A stretch of 64,000 nt of DNA from Spirochaetaceae bacterium (GCA_965224705.1 OZ245056.1:1376001-1440000), one strand, 5' to 3'. Shown: positions 10,767 to 21,167, counted from the first letter of the stretch. The notes: generated by a model from the letters alone, not told the origin. Numbers and translations are program-made.

Positions 10767-10803
10767 TAGTTAAACTGCCAGGAGTTTCGTGGCAGTTTAA
10801 CTA
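10767..10803. repeat. Perfect 14-bp inverted repeat
   Basis: TAGTTAAACTGCCA-ggagtttcg-TGGCAGTTTAACTA. Confidence 0.7.
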
Positions 10804-10842
10804 TTGTAGATAAATACTGCTAATTATAACATTGTCATATTG

Positions 10843-10873
10843 AAAAAAGGCCCCTCTGGTGAGGGGCCTTTTT
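10843..10873. terminator. Bidirectional terminator
   Basis: AAAAAAGGCCCCTC-tggt-GAGGGGCCTTTTT between convergent genes. Confidence 0.8.
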
Positions 10874-12467
10874 ATTGAAACATTCCATATTCATTTTCTG
10901 CACTTTGAATCATCAGTTCCCAAAGGCCCTGCTTACGGCAAAGCCCCCGCAGTTCCGCCTGAATGTCTGCGGGCGTTTGCTCCAGTGTCCGCAGAAAATC
11001 TACCATGGCAGTCTCTGCCATGGGGGCATCTCCAGACGCGAGAAATCTCTCGACGCCCATTAACAGGAATTTTCCTGATTGCTCAAAGTTGCCTATGGCT
11101 CTATTCAAAAGCCCTAATTGAGAAAGGGTGAGCGCCGCGCCGTACTCGTCGCTCAGTTTTTCGAATATATCCAGGGATTTTTTGTACCAGATCTCCGCCG
11201 CGTCGAAATTCCGTTTTTTCTGGGCGATAATGCCCAACTGGTGGTAGGTGAGCGCCGCACCGTGCTCGTCGCCCTGTTTTTCGAATATATTCAGAGCTTT
11301 TCGGTACCAGTTCTCCGCTGCGTCGAAATCCCGCCTTTCCTGCGCGATTATGCCCAACTGGTGGTAGGTAAGTGCCGCGCCGTGGTCGTCGCCCTGTTTT
11401 TCGAATACATCCAGAGCTTTTTGGTACCAGCTCTCCGCCGCATCGAAATCCCGCCTTGCCTGGGCAATTATGCCCAGATTGTGGTAGGTGCCTGCCGCAT
11501 CGTGGTCGTCACCCAGTTCTTCGAATATATTCATGGCTTTTCGGTACCAGCTTTCCGCCGCGTCGAAATTCCGTTTTTTCTGGGCGATTATGCCCATCCA
11601 TTCCATTGCCCTGGCGTGCATGACAGTGTTCTCGTCAGATCTGGTCAGCATGGTTTCGGCCGTTTCTTTGGCTGCATCCAGCCGCCAAAGTCTCAGATCC
11701 AGTTGATAGGTAGCTTGCCACCATCTGGGTAGATCGCTGTCCTGAATGGGGAGATTGGGTTTGTCGGTCACTCTGGCTCTCAGGGACTGGGCACGCCTGA
11801 GATTGCCTGTGGACAGAGCTGCCTCCAGCATTGGCAAATAATAGCGGCGCACAAGGATCTGGGGATTTGCCCGGCCTGCGGCAAGATCGCTTTCCAGTTG
11901 CTTTTCCAGGGAGTCCAGCCTATCGCGCGCCACTTTCGGAGACATGGCTCCGGCAAAGGCAGCGGGTATTTCCGCCTGGGACATAGTCTCCGTTCTGGCC
12001 CCTGGCTCCGGTAGATGGAACTTCAAAGGTACCCAGCTTGCGAGATGATCGGCCACCCTAAGAAGCAATTGAAAATTGCCCTGCGCCCCGGTGTAAAGAA
12101 AAAAGATAACATGACAATGGAGGCTTCCCCAATTCTCACGCAGCAGGTTCATCACGCTCCAGAAGGCTGCCCGTCCCTCCAGGGCTTGTTCAGAGGGATT
12201 TTCCTCCGGCATGTCGAGTATGAACAGCACCCCTTGTTCGGCGGGCCAGTCAGCGCATGATTCTTTGGCATTCAAAAACAGACGCTGCGCATCCTCTTTG
12301 GATCGGCTGCGCATCTCCAGCAGGGCATGGGGACGGCTTCCCAGTTCGGTAATTATCGAATCGATGAGTTGGTGCGCGCCGTAGTCGGTGTCTATCTCTA
12401 CTGCGCTAAGTGCGGAAACCGTCTGGCGTGCGGCGTTGCGCAGGGCGCCCCTGTACTCGGCAGACAC
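10872..12467 (-). CDS. Tetratricopeptide repeat protein with N-terminal possibly inactive STAND-like domain
   Basis: Four to five ~40-aa repeats (YHQLGIIAQ..RDFDAAE.WY.KAL.IFE); N-terminal NLLREN..VIFFL..ADHLASW. Confidence 0.8.
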   Translation of the reverse strand: MSAEYRGALRNAARQTVSALSAVEIDTDYGAHQLIDSIITELGSRPHALLEMRSRSKEDAQRLFLNAKESCADWPAEQGVLFILDMPEENPSEQALEGRAAFWSVMNLLRENWGSLHCHVIFFLYTGAQGNFQLLLRVADHLASWVPLKFHLPEPGARTETMSQAEIPAAFAGAMSPKVARDRLDSLEKQLESDLAAGRANPQILVRRYYLPMLEAALSTGNLRRAQSLRARVTDKPNLPIQDSDLPRWWQATYQLDLRLWRLDAAKETAETMLTRSDENTVMHARAMEWMGIIAQKKRNFDAAESWYRKAMNIFEELGDDHDAAGTYHNLGIIAQARRDFDAAESWYQKALDVFEKQGDDHGAALTYHQLGIIAQERRDFDAAENWYRKALNIFEKQGDEHGAALTYHQLGIIAQKKRNFDAAEIWYKKSLDIFEKLSDEYGAALTLSQLGLLNRAIGNFEQSGKFLLMGVERFLASGDAPMAETAMVDFLRTLEQTPADIQAELRGLCRKQGLWELMIQSAENEYGMFQ

Positions 12468-12469
12468 AC

Positions 12470-13313
12470 CTAGGAAGTCCCAGGCAGATAGCCCAGCCGT
12501 TTGAGGTATTTCTTAACCAGAGGGTGGACACCGAACCAGCCTATCCCGTTATACTCCACCAGGGCGCAGGATTTGAGCAAAAGCTGGGCAGTCGGGTCGG
12601 GTTCCGGCGGAGGCTTTTCCCCAGCATCCTGCATTCTAGCGTATTTGGACAATCGTTCGAGAAGCTCGCCGCGTGATTGCGGACCATTCTTCAGGGGGTT
12701 GAGTGGAAGATTTATCTGCGACTGCAAGCTGTGAGCCAACTGATCAAAGCCGTATTGGATGTCCCCTTCGGAGAGCGGGATGGAGGCGTCCACCGCGCTT
12801 GCCGCATAGTGAAGAACCTCGAACACATGGCGCAGAACCCCTGCCGTATTGCGCACGAGCAAGTTCAATGCCTCTTCGGACACCATGTCCTTATCCTGCC
12901 TGGCATGGACAATGTCGTATCTCTTCGGTGCCGAAGTAATCCTCGATTGGCCCGAGAAGTCCTTCGTCCACCGTCAGACCCTCATCCCGCTCCGCCATAA
13001 CCAGCAACAGGTCCTCAGCGCGAATACTCACTGGCGACATTTCCTTGTGAACGGAAAACTTGACGGGGAAAAAATCGCCCTGGTGCTCGGAAAGAAACTT
13101 ATTGAGTTCGGTGGATTTTCCACAACCCATGTGCCCGCAGAAGAGCAGCCGAACGTCCTCGCCCTCGTTCAGGGTGTTCCATAATCGCTGCCGTGTATTC
13201 TGCCGGGCATCGCGGGACTTATCAGTTTCACAAAAAAAACTTTTCAGAGAATCCCCCTCCAGGGGTTGGGGGCGGCATCTCCGCCTAATCTCTTCCAGCT
13301 TTTCTTGACTCAT
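12470..13313 (-). pseudogene. P-loop ATPase, internally deleted/frameshifted (partner of TPR gene)
   Basis: GHMGCGKSTELNKF Walker A in 12891-13313; C-terminal LLLKSCALVEYNGIGWFGVHPLV in 12470-12886; no Walker B region between them. Confidence 0.65.
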
Positions 13314-13510
13314 GATGAAACGATTATACAGCCCTGGAGCCGTTGCTGCAATGAAAAAATGCAACTCCACAGGATTCGTTTCGCGAACACCACGCGCAGC
13401 GGCGCACTGATCGTAATAAAAGTGGTGATGACAAGGACATAAATCTCCCGGACAATCTTGAACCGCAGGGTGAAAAGTGGAAAAAAGATTTAGAATTTTC
13501 CGAAAAGCCC

Positions 13511-13560
13511 TTGACAGGAAATTGCACTATAGCTATATTGTATTAAAGAATTGGTACAAT
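13511..13560 (+). promoter_or_regulatory. Sigma70 promoter and probable YtrA-type GntR operator
   Basis: TTGACA-N17-TATATT; overlapping palindrome ATTGTA-N12-TACAAT (13537-13560). Confidence 0.75.
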
Positions 13561-13565
13561 AGGAG

Positions 13566-13988
13566 ATGAGACAGGCAATGGCGGCGGATCGGTTTTCAAA
13601 CGACCTGGAATTTGCACTCGACCAATCGAGCGGGGTGCCGTACTACAGGCAAATCATCAAGCAGGTGGAGATGGCAATCGTCGATGGGCGGCTGCGGCAG
13701 GGAGGACAGCTTCCGACGGTGCGAAGTCTGGCGGTGGTTTTGCAGATCAACCCCAACACGGTAGCCCGGGCCTACAACGAGCTTGAGATTCGAGGCATTG
13801 TCAACACCCAGCAGGGGACCGGCACCTTCATCAGTGATAAAACCATTGAACTCACCGAGGAGGAGCGGTCCAGAATACTGGACTCTCTCATACGGACCTT
13901 CCTGTCCAACGCGTCATCCTATGGTTTCGGCCTCAAGGAAATCGTCGAACAATTCAATGCACTGAAGAAGGAGGAAAGGGATAAATGA
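13566..13988 (+). CDS. GntR family regulator (YtrA subfamily)
   Basis: PYYRQI, LPTVRSLA, INPNTVARAY, GTGTFI; short C-terminus. Confidence 0.9.
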   Translation: MRQAMAADRFSNDLEFALDQSSGVPYYRQIIKQVEMAIVDGRLRQGGQLPTVRSLAVVLQINPNTVARAYNELEIRGIVNTQQGTGTFISDKTIELTEEERSRILDSLIRTFLSNASSYGFGLKEIVEQFNALKKEERDK

Positions 13989-15127
13989 GGGTATTCAAAA
14001 AATTGAAAGAAGGCCCCCCGGTTTCTGCCGTTCACAGCCGAAGGCATTTTCACTACAACGCGATATCCGCTCTGATGATCTTCGCGTCTCTGGTTCTGGG
14101 ACTTGGCCTGGAGTATGCCCTGTCGGCGAACATCAGTCAGGCGGAGGTTGGCTACATTGTCGCCGGGGTTATTTCGGCCATCGGGCTGCTGTTCTTCCTG
14201 CCCTGGTGGCCGGTTGTGCTCACCATCGCGGCCGGGCTCTGGGCCGCTTCCATGGCATTGGGAACCGGCCTGATTGTATTCCCGGCCGTTGTGTCTCTGG
14301 GCTTTCTTATCACGCCGGGGTTCGTGGTGGTGTCCCAGTGGGACAAGATTGTCGTTTTAAGACTTGGCCGCTTCCACAGGGTGAGGGGGCCGGGTCTCAT
14401 TTTCCTCGTTCCATTCATCGATACCGCTGCCGGAACCATTGACACCCGGATTCGTGTCACAGACTTTTCCGCCGAGAAAAGCCTTACCTTAGATACGGTT
14501 CCGGTTCACATCGACGCGCTGGCGTTCTGGATGATATGGGATGCCGGAAAGGCGGTTCTTGAGGTTCAGCACTTCGATGACGCGGTGGTGCTCAGCGCTC
14601 AAACAGCCCTGCGCTCGACGATAGGCTCAAACAGTCTTACGGCGCTTCTCAGCGAGAGAGAGCGTCTGGGCCGGGAAATACAGAGTATCGTTGATGCGAA
14701 AACCAACCCCTGGGGAATTACCATTATTTCTGTCGAGTTCAAGGAAATTCTGGTGCCCAGGGAACTTGAGGACGTACTGAGCCGGGAGGCGCAGGCCGAA
14801 CGAGAGCGGAAGGCACGGACCATTCTCAGTAACACCGAGTCTGAAATATCCTCGCTGTACGAAAAGGCCGCCGAAGCCTACAAGAACAATCCGACCGCCC
14901 TGAAACTCAGGGCCATGAACATGATCTACGAGAGTATGAGGAACAAGGGCGGCCTGATTCTCACCCCGGCGTCCGCTCTTGAAACGATGAACCTGGGCTC
15001 TGTACTCGGCGCGGCAGCTTACGGCGCGCAAACTGGCCTTACCCCGGAAATCTTGCCAGCGAACGGCATCGAAAAAAATGACGATTCGCCGGATGCAATA
15101 ACGAAAGAAGAAGGAGAGAAAAAATGA
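13985..15127 (+). CDS. SPFH/stomatin-like membrane protein
   Basis: VVLRLGRF, AQTALRS, TNPWGI, EAQAERERKAR. Confidence 0.88.
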   Translation: MRVFKKLKEGPPVSAVHSRRHFHYNAISALMIFASLVLGLGLEYALSANISQAEVGYIVAGVISAIGLLFFLPWWPVVLTIAAGLWAASMALGTGLIVFPAVVSLGFLITPGFVVVSQWDKIVVLRLGRFHRVRGPGLIFLVPFIDTAAGTIDTRIRVTDFSAEKSLTLDTVPVHIDALAFWMIWDAGKAVLEVQHFDDAVVLSAQTALRSTIGSNSLTALLSERERLGREIQSIVDAKTNPWGITIISVEFKEILVPRELEDVLSREAQAERERKARTILSNTESEISSLYEKAAEAYKNNPTALKLRAMNMIYESMRNKGGLILTPASALETMNLGSVLGAAAYGAQTGLTPEILPANGIEKNDDSPDAITKEEGEKK

Positions 15128-15801
15128 TTTCAGTCAAAGACCTTTACAAGACTTATGAGACAGGAGACATAAAGGTACGGGCACTTCAGGGTGCTTCGCT
15201 GGAGATCGACAAGGGAGAATTCATCGCATTGGCCGGACCTTCCGGCTCGGGAAAGACGACGATGCTCAACATCATCGGCTGTATCGATTCGGCTGATTCC
15301 GGCGAAGTCACCATTGCCGGACAATCGGTGATGAAACTCAAGAAGAACGAGCAGGCGGCGTTTCGCCGGGACAATCTTGGATTTGTTTTTCAGAGTTACA
15401 ACCTTATTCCGGTACTCACCGCGTTCGAAAACGTCGCTTTCAGCCTGAACCTGATGAATATCGATGACAAAGAGGTGCAGGAGAGAACCATGGCGATTCT
15501 CAAAGAAGTCGGTCTGGAGGGCATGGAAAATCGCCGGCCCGGAAAACTTTCCGGGGGGCAGCAGCAGAGGGTGGCGATAGCCCGGGCCATTGTTAAGGAT
15601 CCGGAAATCCTTCTGGCGGACGAGCCCACGGCGAATCTCGATTCAAACACCGGACAGGAGATTCTGGAACTGATGAAGACACTCAACGAGAGGCATAAAA
15701 GCACGTTTATCTTCTCAACCCACGATCCCATGGTGATGGATTTTTCCAGTCGGCTTGTGCGGCTTCATGACGGTGTTATTCAGCACGATGAACGGAGGTG
15801 A
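15124..15801 (+). CDS. ABC transporter ATP-binding protein (LolD/MacB-like)
   Basis: GPSGSGKTT, LSGGQQQRVAIARA, LADEPTANLD. Confidence 0.93.
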   Translation: MISVKDLYKTYETGDIKVRALQGASLEIDKGEFIALAGPSGSGKTTMLNIIGCIDSADSGEVTIAGQSVMKLKKNEQAAFRRDNLGFVFQSYNLIPVLTAFENVAFSLNLMNIDDKEVQERTMAILKEVGLEGMENRRPGKLSGGQQQRVAIARAIVKDPEILLADEPTANLDSNTGQEILELMKTLNERHKSTFIFSTHDPMVMDFSSRLVRLHDGVIQHDERR

Positions 15802-15804
15802 AAG

Positions 15805-17049
15805 ATGTTATTCATTCCTAAAATGGCTTTTCTGAATCTGGCCCGTTACAAGAAACGAACCATGATTACCGCCGGGGCCATCGCCTACGGGCTGTTGATG
15901 CTTATCATCATGCGGTCTCTTCTTACCGGAATAGACTCCGAGTCAATCACGAATCTGCGGCTCTATGAAACCGCAGCCGGCCGCATCATGGTTCCGGGAT
16001 ATTGGGAGGACAGGGAAACCTTTCCCCTGGAGAAATCCTTCGATCCCGCCGTGGTAGAACCCCTCCTTGCGGCTTCCGGTGCCGGTTACTCCCCGAGGGT
16101 GAGCTTCGGCGGCGATTTAATCTTCTATAAAGACCCCTTCCCGGAGGACGGAAGCATTCCGGGGCTGTTCACCGCAATCGACCCCGTACAGGACGCCGAC
16201 GTGTTCAAAATACAGGACAGCCTTGTCGAGGGAGAATGGCTGGTGGACGGGGAGCAGGGCCTGGTTCTTGGACATTGGCTCGCCGAAGATATCGGCGGCG
16301 GCATCGGCAGCACGGTGCTCGTCGAAACTCAAACAAGGGACGGTTATGCGCAGGTGTTTGATCTGGAAATTGTGGGCATCATCAACTGCCCCAATCCCGA
16401 GATTACGCGCTCTGGTATGTTTCTTCCCCTATCAATCGCCGACGAGTTCCTTGAAATGGACGGAATGGTCACAGAAATGAATGTGAGTTACGGTGAAGAT
16501 TCCTCCGCCGATACACGTTTTAGTTCCTTAACCCCGGATGTCGAGGCCCTCGGCCTGGAGGCTGTCGATTGGCGGGTTTTGGGGGAGGATTTTATTGCCA
16601 TCTCCCAGACGAAAGCCGGCAGTTCATTCGTTCTCATTTTGCTTATTCTCATCATTGCCGGTGTTGGGATATCCAATACCATGCTGATGGCCGTGTATGA
16701 GCGTGTGAGGGAGTTAGGAATGATGAGAGCTCTCGGTATGAAAAATAATCAGATTCGCAGCCTGTTTCTCTGGGAGTCGGCGGGGATAGGCCTTCTCGGC
16801 GGCATATACGGAGTTGGACTTGGCGCCCTGATCAACTGGCCGCTGGTGAAGTTCGGGATAGACTACTCCTTTCTTCTCCGGGAGTCCAATTTCGGCTACA
16901 GGATTCAGGGACAGATGTACGGGGCATGGGAGATTCCAACGATGATAGCCGCGTTCTTCATGGGGGTGGGAATGGCCGTTTTGGTGGCCGCATTCTCCAC
17001 GCATAGAATCCTGCGCCTGGACATCCCGGCCAGCCTGCGGTTTCAATAG
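15805..17049 (+). CDS. FtsX-like ABC permease
   Basis: NTMLMAVYERVRELGMMRALGM; 1+3 TM layout. Confidence 0.88.
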   Translation: MLFIPKMAFLNLARYKKRTMITAGAIAYGLLMLIIMRSLLTGIDSESITNLRLYETAAGRIMVPGYWEDRETFPLEKSFDPAVVEPLLAASGAGYSPRVSFGGDLIFYKDPFPEDGSIPGLFTAIDPVQDADVFKIQDSLVEGEWLVDGEQGLVLGHWLAEDIGGGIGSTVLVETQTRDGYAQVFDLEIVGIINCPNPEITRSGMFLPLSIADEFLEMDGMVTEMNVSYGEDSSADTRFSSLTPDVEALGLEAVDWRVLGEDFIAISQTKAGSSFVLILLILIIAGVGISNTMLMAVYERVRELGMMRALGMKNNQIRSLFLWESAGIGLLGGIYGVGLGALINWPLVKFGIDYSFLLRESNFGYRIQGQMYGAWEIPTMIAAFFMGVGMAVLVAAFSTHRILRLDIPASLRFQ

Positions 17050-17059
17050 GAGATGAGAG

Positions 17060-18310
17060 ATGAAACTTTATAAAATCGCGCTGCGGAACATCCGCAGAAA
17101 CAAACGGCGGAGCCTGCTGTCCGCGACGGCTATCACCATCGCGGCATTCGCCATCGTGTTCCTTTTCGGATTCCTTGCCGGAATGCTGAATGACATGGAG
17201 TCCAACCTTTGGACCTACATGACCGGCGCCGTCCGGGTGAGGCATTCGGATTTCGACAAGTACGAACGCCTGAACCCCCTGCACCTGGCCATCCCCAACT
17301 ACGAAGATTTACTGGAGGAAATTCAGGCCGACCCGGCAGTAACCGCAGTCAGTCCCAGGATCAATTTCCCCGGGAGGCTTCCTGTGGGCGGAATCGGCAG
17401 TGACGAAAAGGTTAATGTCATGGGCCTGGGGGTGGATTTCGCCACTGAAGCGTCCTATCAGGATTACGAGCAAACCCTCGCCCTGGGGCGCCTGCCCCGG
17501 ATGGGAACGCGCGAGGCATTGGTGGGACGCGTGCTGGCCGATAAGATTGACGCGGGGCTTGGGGACAAGTTTACGGTGCTCTCTCAATCGGGCTCTCGGG
17601 GTAGCAACGCCTACACATTTACCATTGTGGGCATACTCGCGCTGCCCCTTTCCGGCCTGGAAGCCGTCATGGTCCAGGCGCCCCTGGACACGGTACAGCG
17701 CTTCCTCTGGCTGCCGGATCAGGTACAGGAGATTCTGATCAAGATCGACCCAAAGATTGATTCACCGAAAAAACTCGCCGCAAGGCTGGGCGATACACTG
17801 GAATCGACGGTTCCGCTGAATGTCTGGGATTACAAAGAGGTGAACGGAATGGCGTCGATGATGGATCTGGCGTCCAGGATGTACGATATCATCGCGGTTA
17901 TCTTCTTCCTGCTGGCCAGTACGGTCATCATCAACACCACCATCATGGTGATTTTCGAGAGAATGAAGGAAATCGGGACTCTTGGCGCCATGGGTATGAC
18001 CGGGAAGCAATTGATGCGGCTCTTCTTCTTCGAGGCCCTGTTTATCAGCATGGCCGGGGCCATTGTCGGCATCCTTGGGGGTATCGCCCTTACCGGTTAC
18101 CTCGGGAAGGTGGGCTTCTCCGCAATGGCGGACGCGATGAGAGGAATGGACACTGTGATGGGGCTGGGTTCGACCATCTACCCTGTTCTGAATTTCAAGT
18201 CAACCATAGGGGTGTTCCTGTACTCTCTGGCCGTTACCGGAGTGGCTACGTGGTGGCCGTCCAGGCGGGCGGCAAAGATAACGCCGGTTGAGGCGTTAAG
18301 GCATGTTTAA
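17060..18310 (+). CDS. FtsX-like ABC permease
   Basis: NTTIMVIFERMKEIGTLGAMG, PSRRAAKITPVEALR. Confidence 0.88.
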   Translation: MKLYKIALRNIRRNKRRSLLSATAITIAAFAIVFLFGFLAGMLNDMESNLWTYMTGAVRVRHSDFDKYERLNPLHLAIPNYEDLLEEIQADPAVTAVSPRINFPGRLPVGGIGSDEKVNVMGLGVDFATEASYQDYEQTLALGRLPRMGTREALVGRVLADKIDAGLGDKFTVLSQSGSRGSNAYTFTIVGILALPLSGLEAVMVQAPLDTVQRFLWLPDQVQEILIKIDPKIDSPKKLAARLGDTLESTVPLNVWDYKEVNGMASMMDLASRMYDIIAVIFFLLASTVIINTTIMVIFERMKEIGTLGAMGMTGKQLMRLFFFEALFISMAGAIVGILGGIALTGYLGKVGFSAMADAMRGMDTVMGLGSTIYPVLNFKSTIGVFLYSLAVTGVATWWPSRRAAKITPVEALRHV

Positions 18311-18328
18311 GGAAATAGGAGGAAAAAC

Positions 18329-19060
18329 ATGTTAAGGACTATTATGACCGGCCTGATCGGCATGGCTGCAGCATCGGCGCTTTTCGCGCAAAGCGCCGAA
18401 GACATCATTCGGAAGATGGATGAGATGCAAACCTTTGAGACCCTTTACAGCGAAGGAACGATGATCAGTGTTGACCGGTTCGGCGAAAAAAGAAGTACCT
18501 ACAACGCGTGGTCGCGGGGGAGCAAGGACTTCCTCATCGAATTTACCAACGTGGAAGAACGGGGCCAGAAGCTGCTCCGGGTGGAAGACGAACTCTACCT
18601 TTTCTATCCGGATGCCGAAGACATCATTCCCATGCATGGGGCGGCATTGAAACAATCCTTGTTCGGGGATGTTTCCTATGAAGACATTACCGAGGGAAAG
18701 AACACCCTGGATAAGTACAATGTCTCAATGAAGGGGAGCCAGAATGTCGATGGTGTAGACTGCTGGGTTATAGAGATGATCGCAACCAGCCGGGATGTTC
18801 CCTATCCCAAACAGATTATAAAGGTGGGAAAGGCCGATAACGTTCTCCGCGCCGCGGAGTACTATGCCAGGTCCGGTCGGCTGCTCAAGATTGCCGATGT
18901 CAAGTCTTTTCGGAAATTCGACGATGGGCGCGTCTTGATTACCGAAATGGAGTTGGAGGATCAGCTTCGCCGGGGCTCCAGCACAAGAATGCGCATTGAT
19001 ACGCTGGAAATCAATCCCGCGCTTGACGGCGATGTGTTTTCCCTGAGGTCTCTTTACTAA
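18329..19060 (+). CDS. Outer-membrane lipoprotein-sorting (LolA-like) protein
   Basis: Signal peptide; GQKLL..LYLFYP, SLFGDVSYED, GRLLK; typical operon position. Confidence 0.75.
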   Translation: MLRTIMTGLIGMAAASALFAQSAEDIIRKMDEMQTFETLYSEGTMISVDRFGEKRSTYNAWSRGSKDFLIEFTNVEERGQKLLRVEDELYLFYPDAEDIIPMHGAALKQSLFGDVSYEDITEGKNTLDKYNVSMKGSQNVDGVDCWVIEMIATSRDVPYPKQIIKVGKADNVLRAAEYYARSGRLLKIADVKSFRKFDDGRVLITEMELEDQLRRGSSTRMRIDTLEINPALDGDVFSLRSLY

Positions 19061-19061
19061 T

Positions 19062-20276
19062 ATGAAGACCTTAAGATGCCGCATTGCGGGCCTGTTTCTC
19101 CTGGGAAGTCTGCTCACTTCGTACCTGGCGGCCGAGAGCGAAACCCGGGCCAATCTTCAGCTCTATAATACCGTGTACCGCGGCAAGGGGACCACCTGGT
19201 ACTATGGTGCCAGCGGCCTGGCCGACCTCCGTTTCGCCTCCACGGGAAACAAAAACATGAAGGCCCAGGCTGCGGTGGAGTTCTTACCCAAGGACATCGC
19301 CGGCGGCGGAGGGGCGTCGGCACCGACGGTATCGCTAAAGAGGCTGTGGATAAAGGCGAACTTCCCCTCCTGGCGGCTCACCGCCGGGAAAACCAAGGTG
19401 GCCTGGGGGAATGGTTTCGTTTTCAATTCCGGTGATATTCTCTTCGGCAGTCTGTCTCCCTACCTGAATTTCACCCAGTCGACGGTGAGAGATGATACGG
19501 CGTTTCTCACCGCCCTGAACTTTCCCCTCGGGAGGTTCAGCTATCTGGAAGCCGTCGTACTGCCCCCGGATCTGGTGCAGGATGGCGTAACGGGAAGTTT
19601 CACCTTCCAACCCATCGACCATATCTCGGGGGGAGTACGCTTCTTCTTTCGAATCGATGGTTTCCGACTGGAGGGCGGCTACCTCTACAAGGGTGACAAG
19701 AAGGTGGCAAATGACATGCAGGGCCATCGGCCTTACCTGTCGTTTCACGGCCACGCGGGGGTGGATTTCTACGGCGCGGTTTCCCTGGCGGCCGGTTACG
19801 ATTCAAGCCTGACGGGGGATCAGCACAGGGATACCTGGGGCGAAATTTCCCGAACGGTGAATATCAGCCTCGGCGCCTTCCACCAGCTTCAGGCCGGCTA
19901 TGACGGCACCCTCTCGTTTCGTCTGGAAACCCTCATCATGCCCTGGCAGAACTGGAGTTCCCAGGATTTCACGGAAATCCTTGCCGGTTCGGCCTACGGT
20001 ATCATGATTTATCCCATGGTGAGCTGGAATTTCCGGTCCTCCTGGACCATTACACTCCAGTCGATTATCTCACCGGTGGATGCCTCCGCCCAGATTACCG
20101 GCAGTGTGGGCTGGCAGGTGTTCCAGGGCTTCACTCTCCTTGGTTATGTCAGCGCCGCCATTGGCGGTGAACAGTCCCTGTTCGCCTGGGACCGAACGGG
20201 CGCATGGCCTGAACTATGGCCGGAAGACCGTCCCAATGGGATGAGTTTTACTCTGGGAGGGCGGTATAGCTATTAA
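19062..20276 (+). CDS. Exported hypothetical protein, possible beta-barrel
   Basis: Signal peptide, LTAGKTKVAWG, ends GGRYSY. Confidence 0.65.
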   Translation: MKTLRCRIAGLFLLGSLLTSYLAAESETRANLQLYNTVYRGKGTTWYYGASGLADLRFASTGNKNMKAQAAVEFLPKDIAGGGGASAPTVSLKRLWIKANFPSWRLTAGKTKVAWGNGFVFNSGDILFGSLSPYLNFTQSTVRDDTAFLTALNFPLGRFSYLEAVVLPPDLVQDGVTGSFTFQPIDHISGGVRFFFRIDGFRLEGGYLYKGDKKVANDMQGHRPYLSFHGHAGVDFYGAVSLAAGYDSSLTGDQHRDTWGEISRTVNISLGAFHQLQAGYDGTLSFRLETLIMPWQNWSSQDFTEILAGSAYGIMIYPMVSWNFRSSWTITLQSIISPVDASAQITGSVGWQVFQGFTLLGYVSAAIGGEQSLFAWDRTGAWPELWPEDRPNGMSFTLGGRYSY

Positions 20277-20357
20277 CACGGCTGGAATCATTGACAGCTT
20301 AACGTACACAAAGAACCGCCATTACTATCCTGTTAATGAGCCCCGGCAGCTCAGCAG
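20262..20357 (+). repeat. Duplicate of tRNA-Arg upstream region plus first 18 nt of the tRNA
   Basis: Near-identical to 23308-23403; ends GCCCCGGCAGCTCAGCAG. Confidence 0.85.
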
Positions 20358-20621
20358 CAGTTATTGGCAGTTTTCCTGGGAAAGACTTTCACCAAGAATG
20401 ATTGATATTTCCTGTATGTGAAACCAAAGGTCAGAGGGTTCTTCCGTTTGCAGTAAGAAACCAGTATGTGAATTATCGTTTCTTCACTCTTGTGAAAGCA
20501 ATATATCCGATGGCTGTGTAAATGACGAAAACTATGGAAATTATGAAATCGTAATGTTCGATGAGGTTTAAGAATAGCGGCGAAATGCTACTCATAGCAA
20601 AGTAAAGAGCGATGACTGCCA

Positions 20622-20909
20622 GGAGTCTGTCGGACTTACGCCTCACGGCTCGATTTTTGCCCTTCTCTCCAGAAGCAAGCCTCCTGCTTGTTTCTTCCGA
20701 GCCGCCTTCGTTCGTTTTCGCCGCCATCCGTGGCGGCTTTTCCTCGCTATCGCTCGGCACTCTCTCAGGATGCGAGTCCATAGACTCGCATCCCCTGCTG
20801 CTGCGTTGCCAAAATACTCACGTAGCCCAGCTACGCTCCGTTTTTGTCGCCTTGCATCAGGCAAAAATCATCAAAAATCGCCTCGAAATCTTAAAGTCCG
20901 ACAGACTCC
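20622..20909 (+). mobile_element. MITE family 1, long form (288 bp)
   Basis: Same TIRs plus ~125 bp internal insert; appears to interrupt a small AT-rich membrane-protein ORF. Confidence 0.85.
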
Positions 20910-21167
20910 TAGATATCTGTATATCCATATCACGTCGAGTCTATTTTTCTTCTGGTCAATAAGATTTCTGCGATTTGTGTATTTTTGAAACTCATTTTGA
21001 TAATTTTTTTGATAGAACGATTTGATAAAATAGTTATCAAGACTGAAAAGAAAACTGATAATGAAAATGAAGATAAGCCTGGAAACAAAGCAATTTCAGG
21101 ATTTTCGGCATATTGTTCCATAGTCCTTAGTGTAGCTATTAAAGCAGTGCGGTTGTTTTATTGGTGA

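Noticed and set aside
11120..11600. 120-bp tandem DNA repeats as a possible array
   Set aside because: In-frame TPR coding repeats with no unique spacers; the same holds for the WD40 (56.7-57.6 kb) and FN3 (41.8-42.7 kb) repeats
20340..20357. Second tRNA gene
   Set aside because: Only 18 nt of the 5' end; no anticodon or T arm
20473..20988. Several ORFs (MDSHPERVP.., MRVHRLASP..) also seen near 39.5-40.4 kb
   Set aside because: Reading frames inside MITE family 1, not genes
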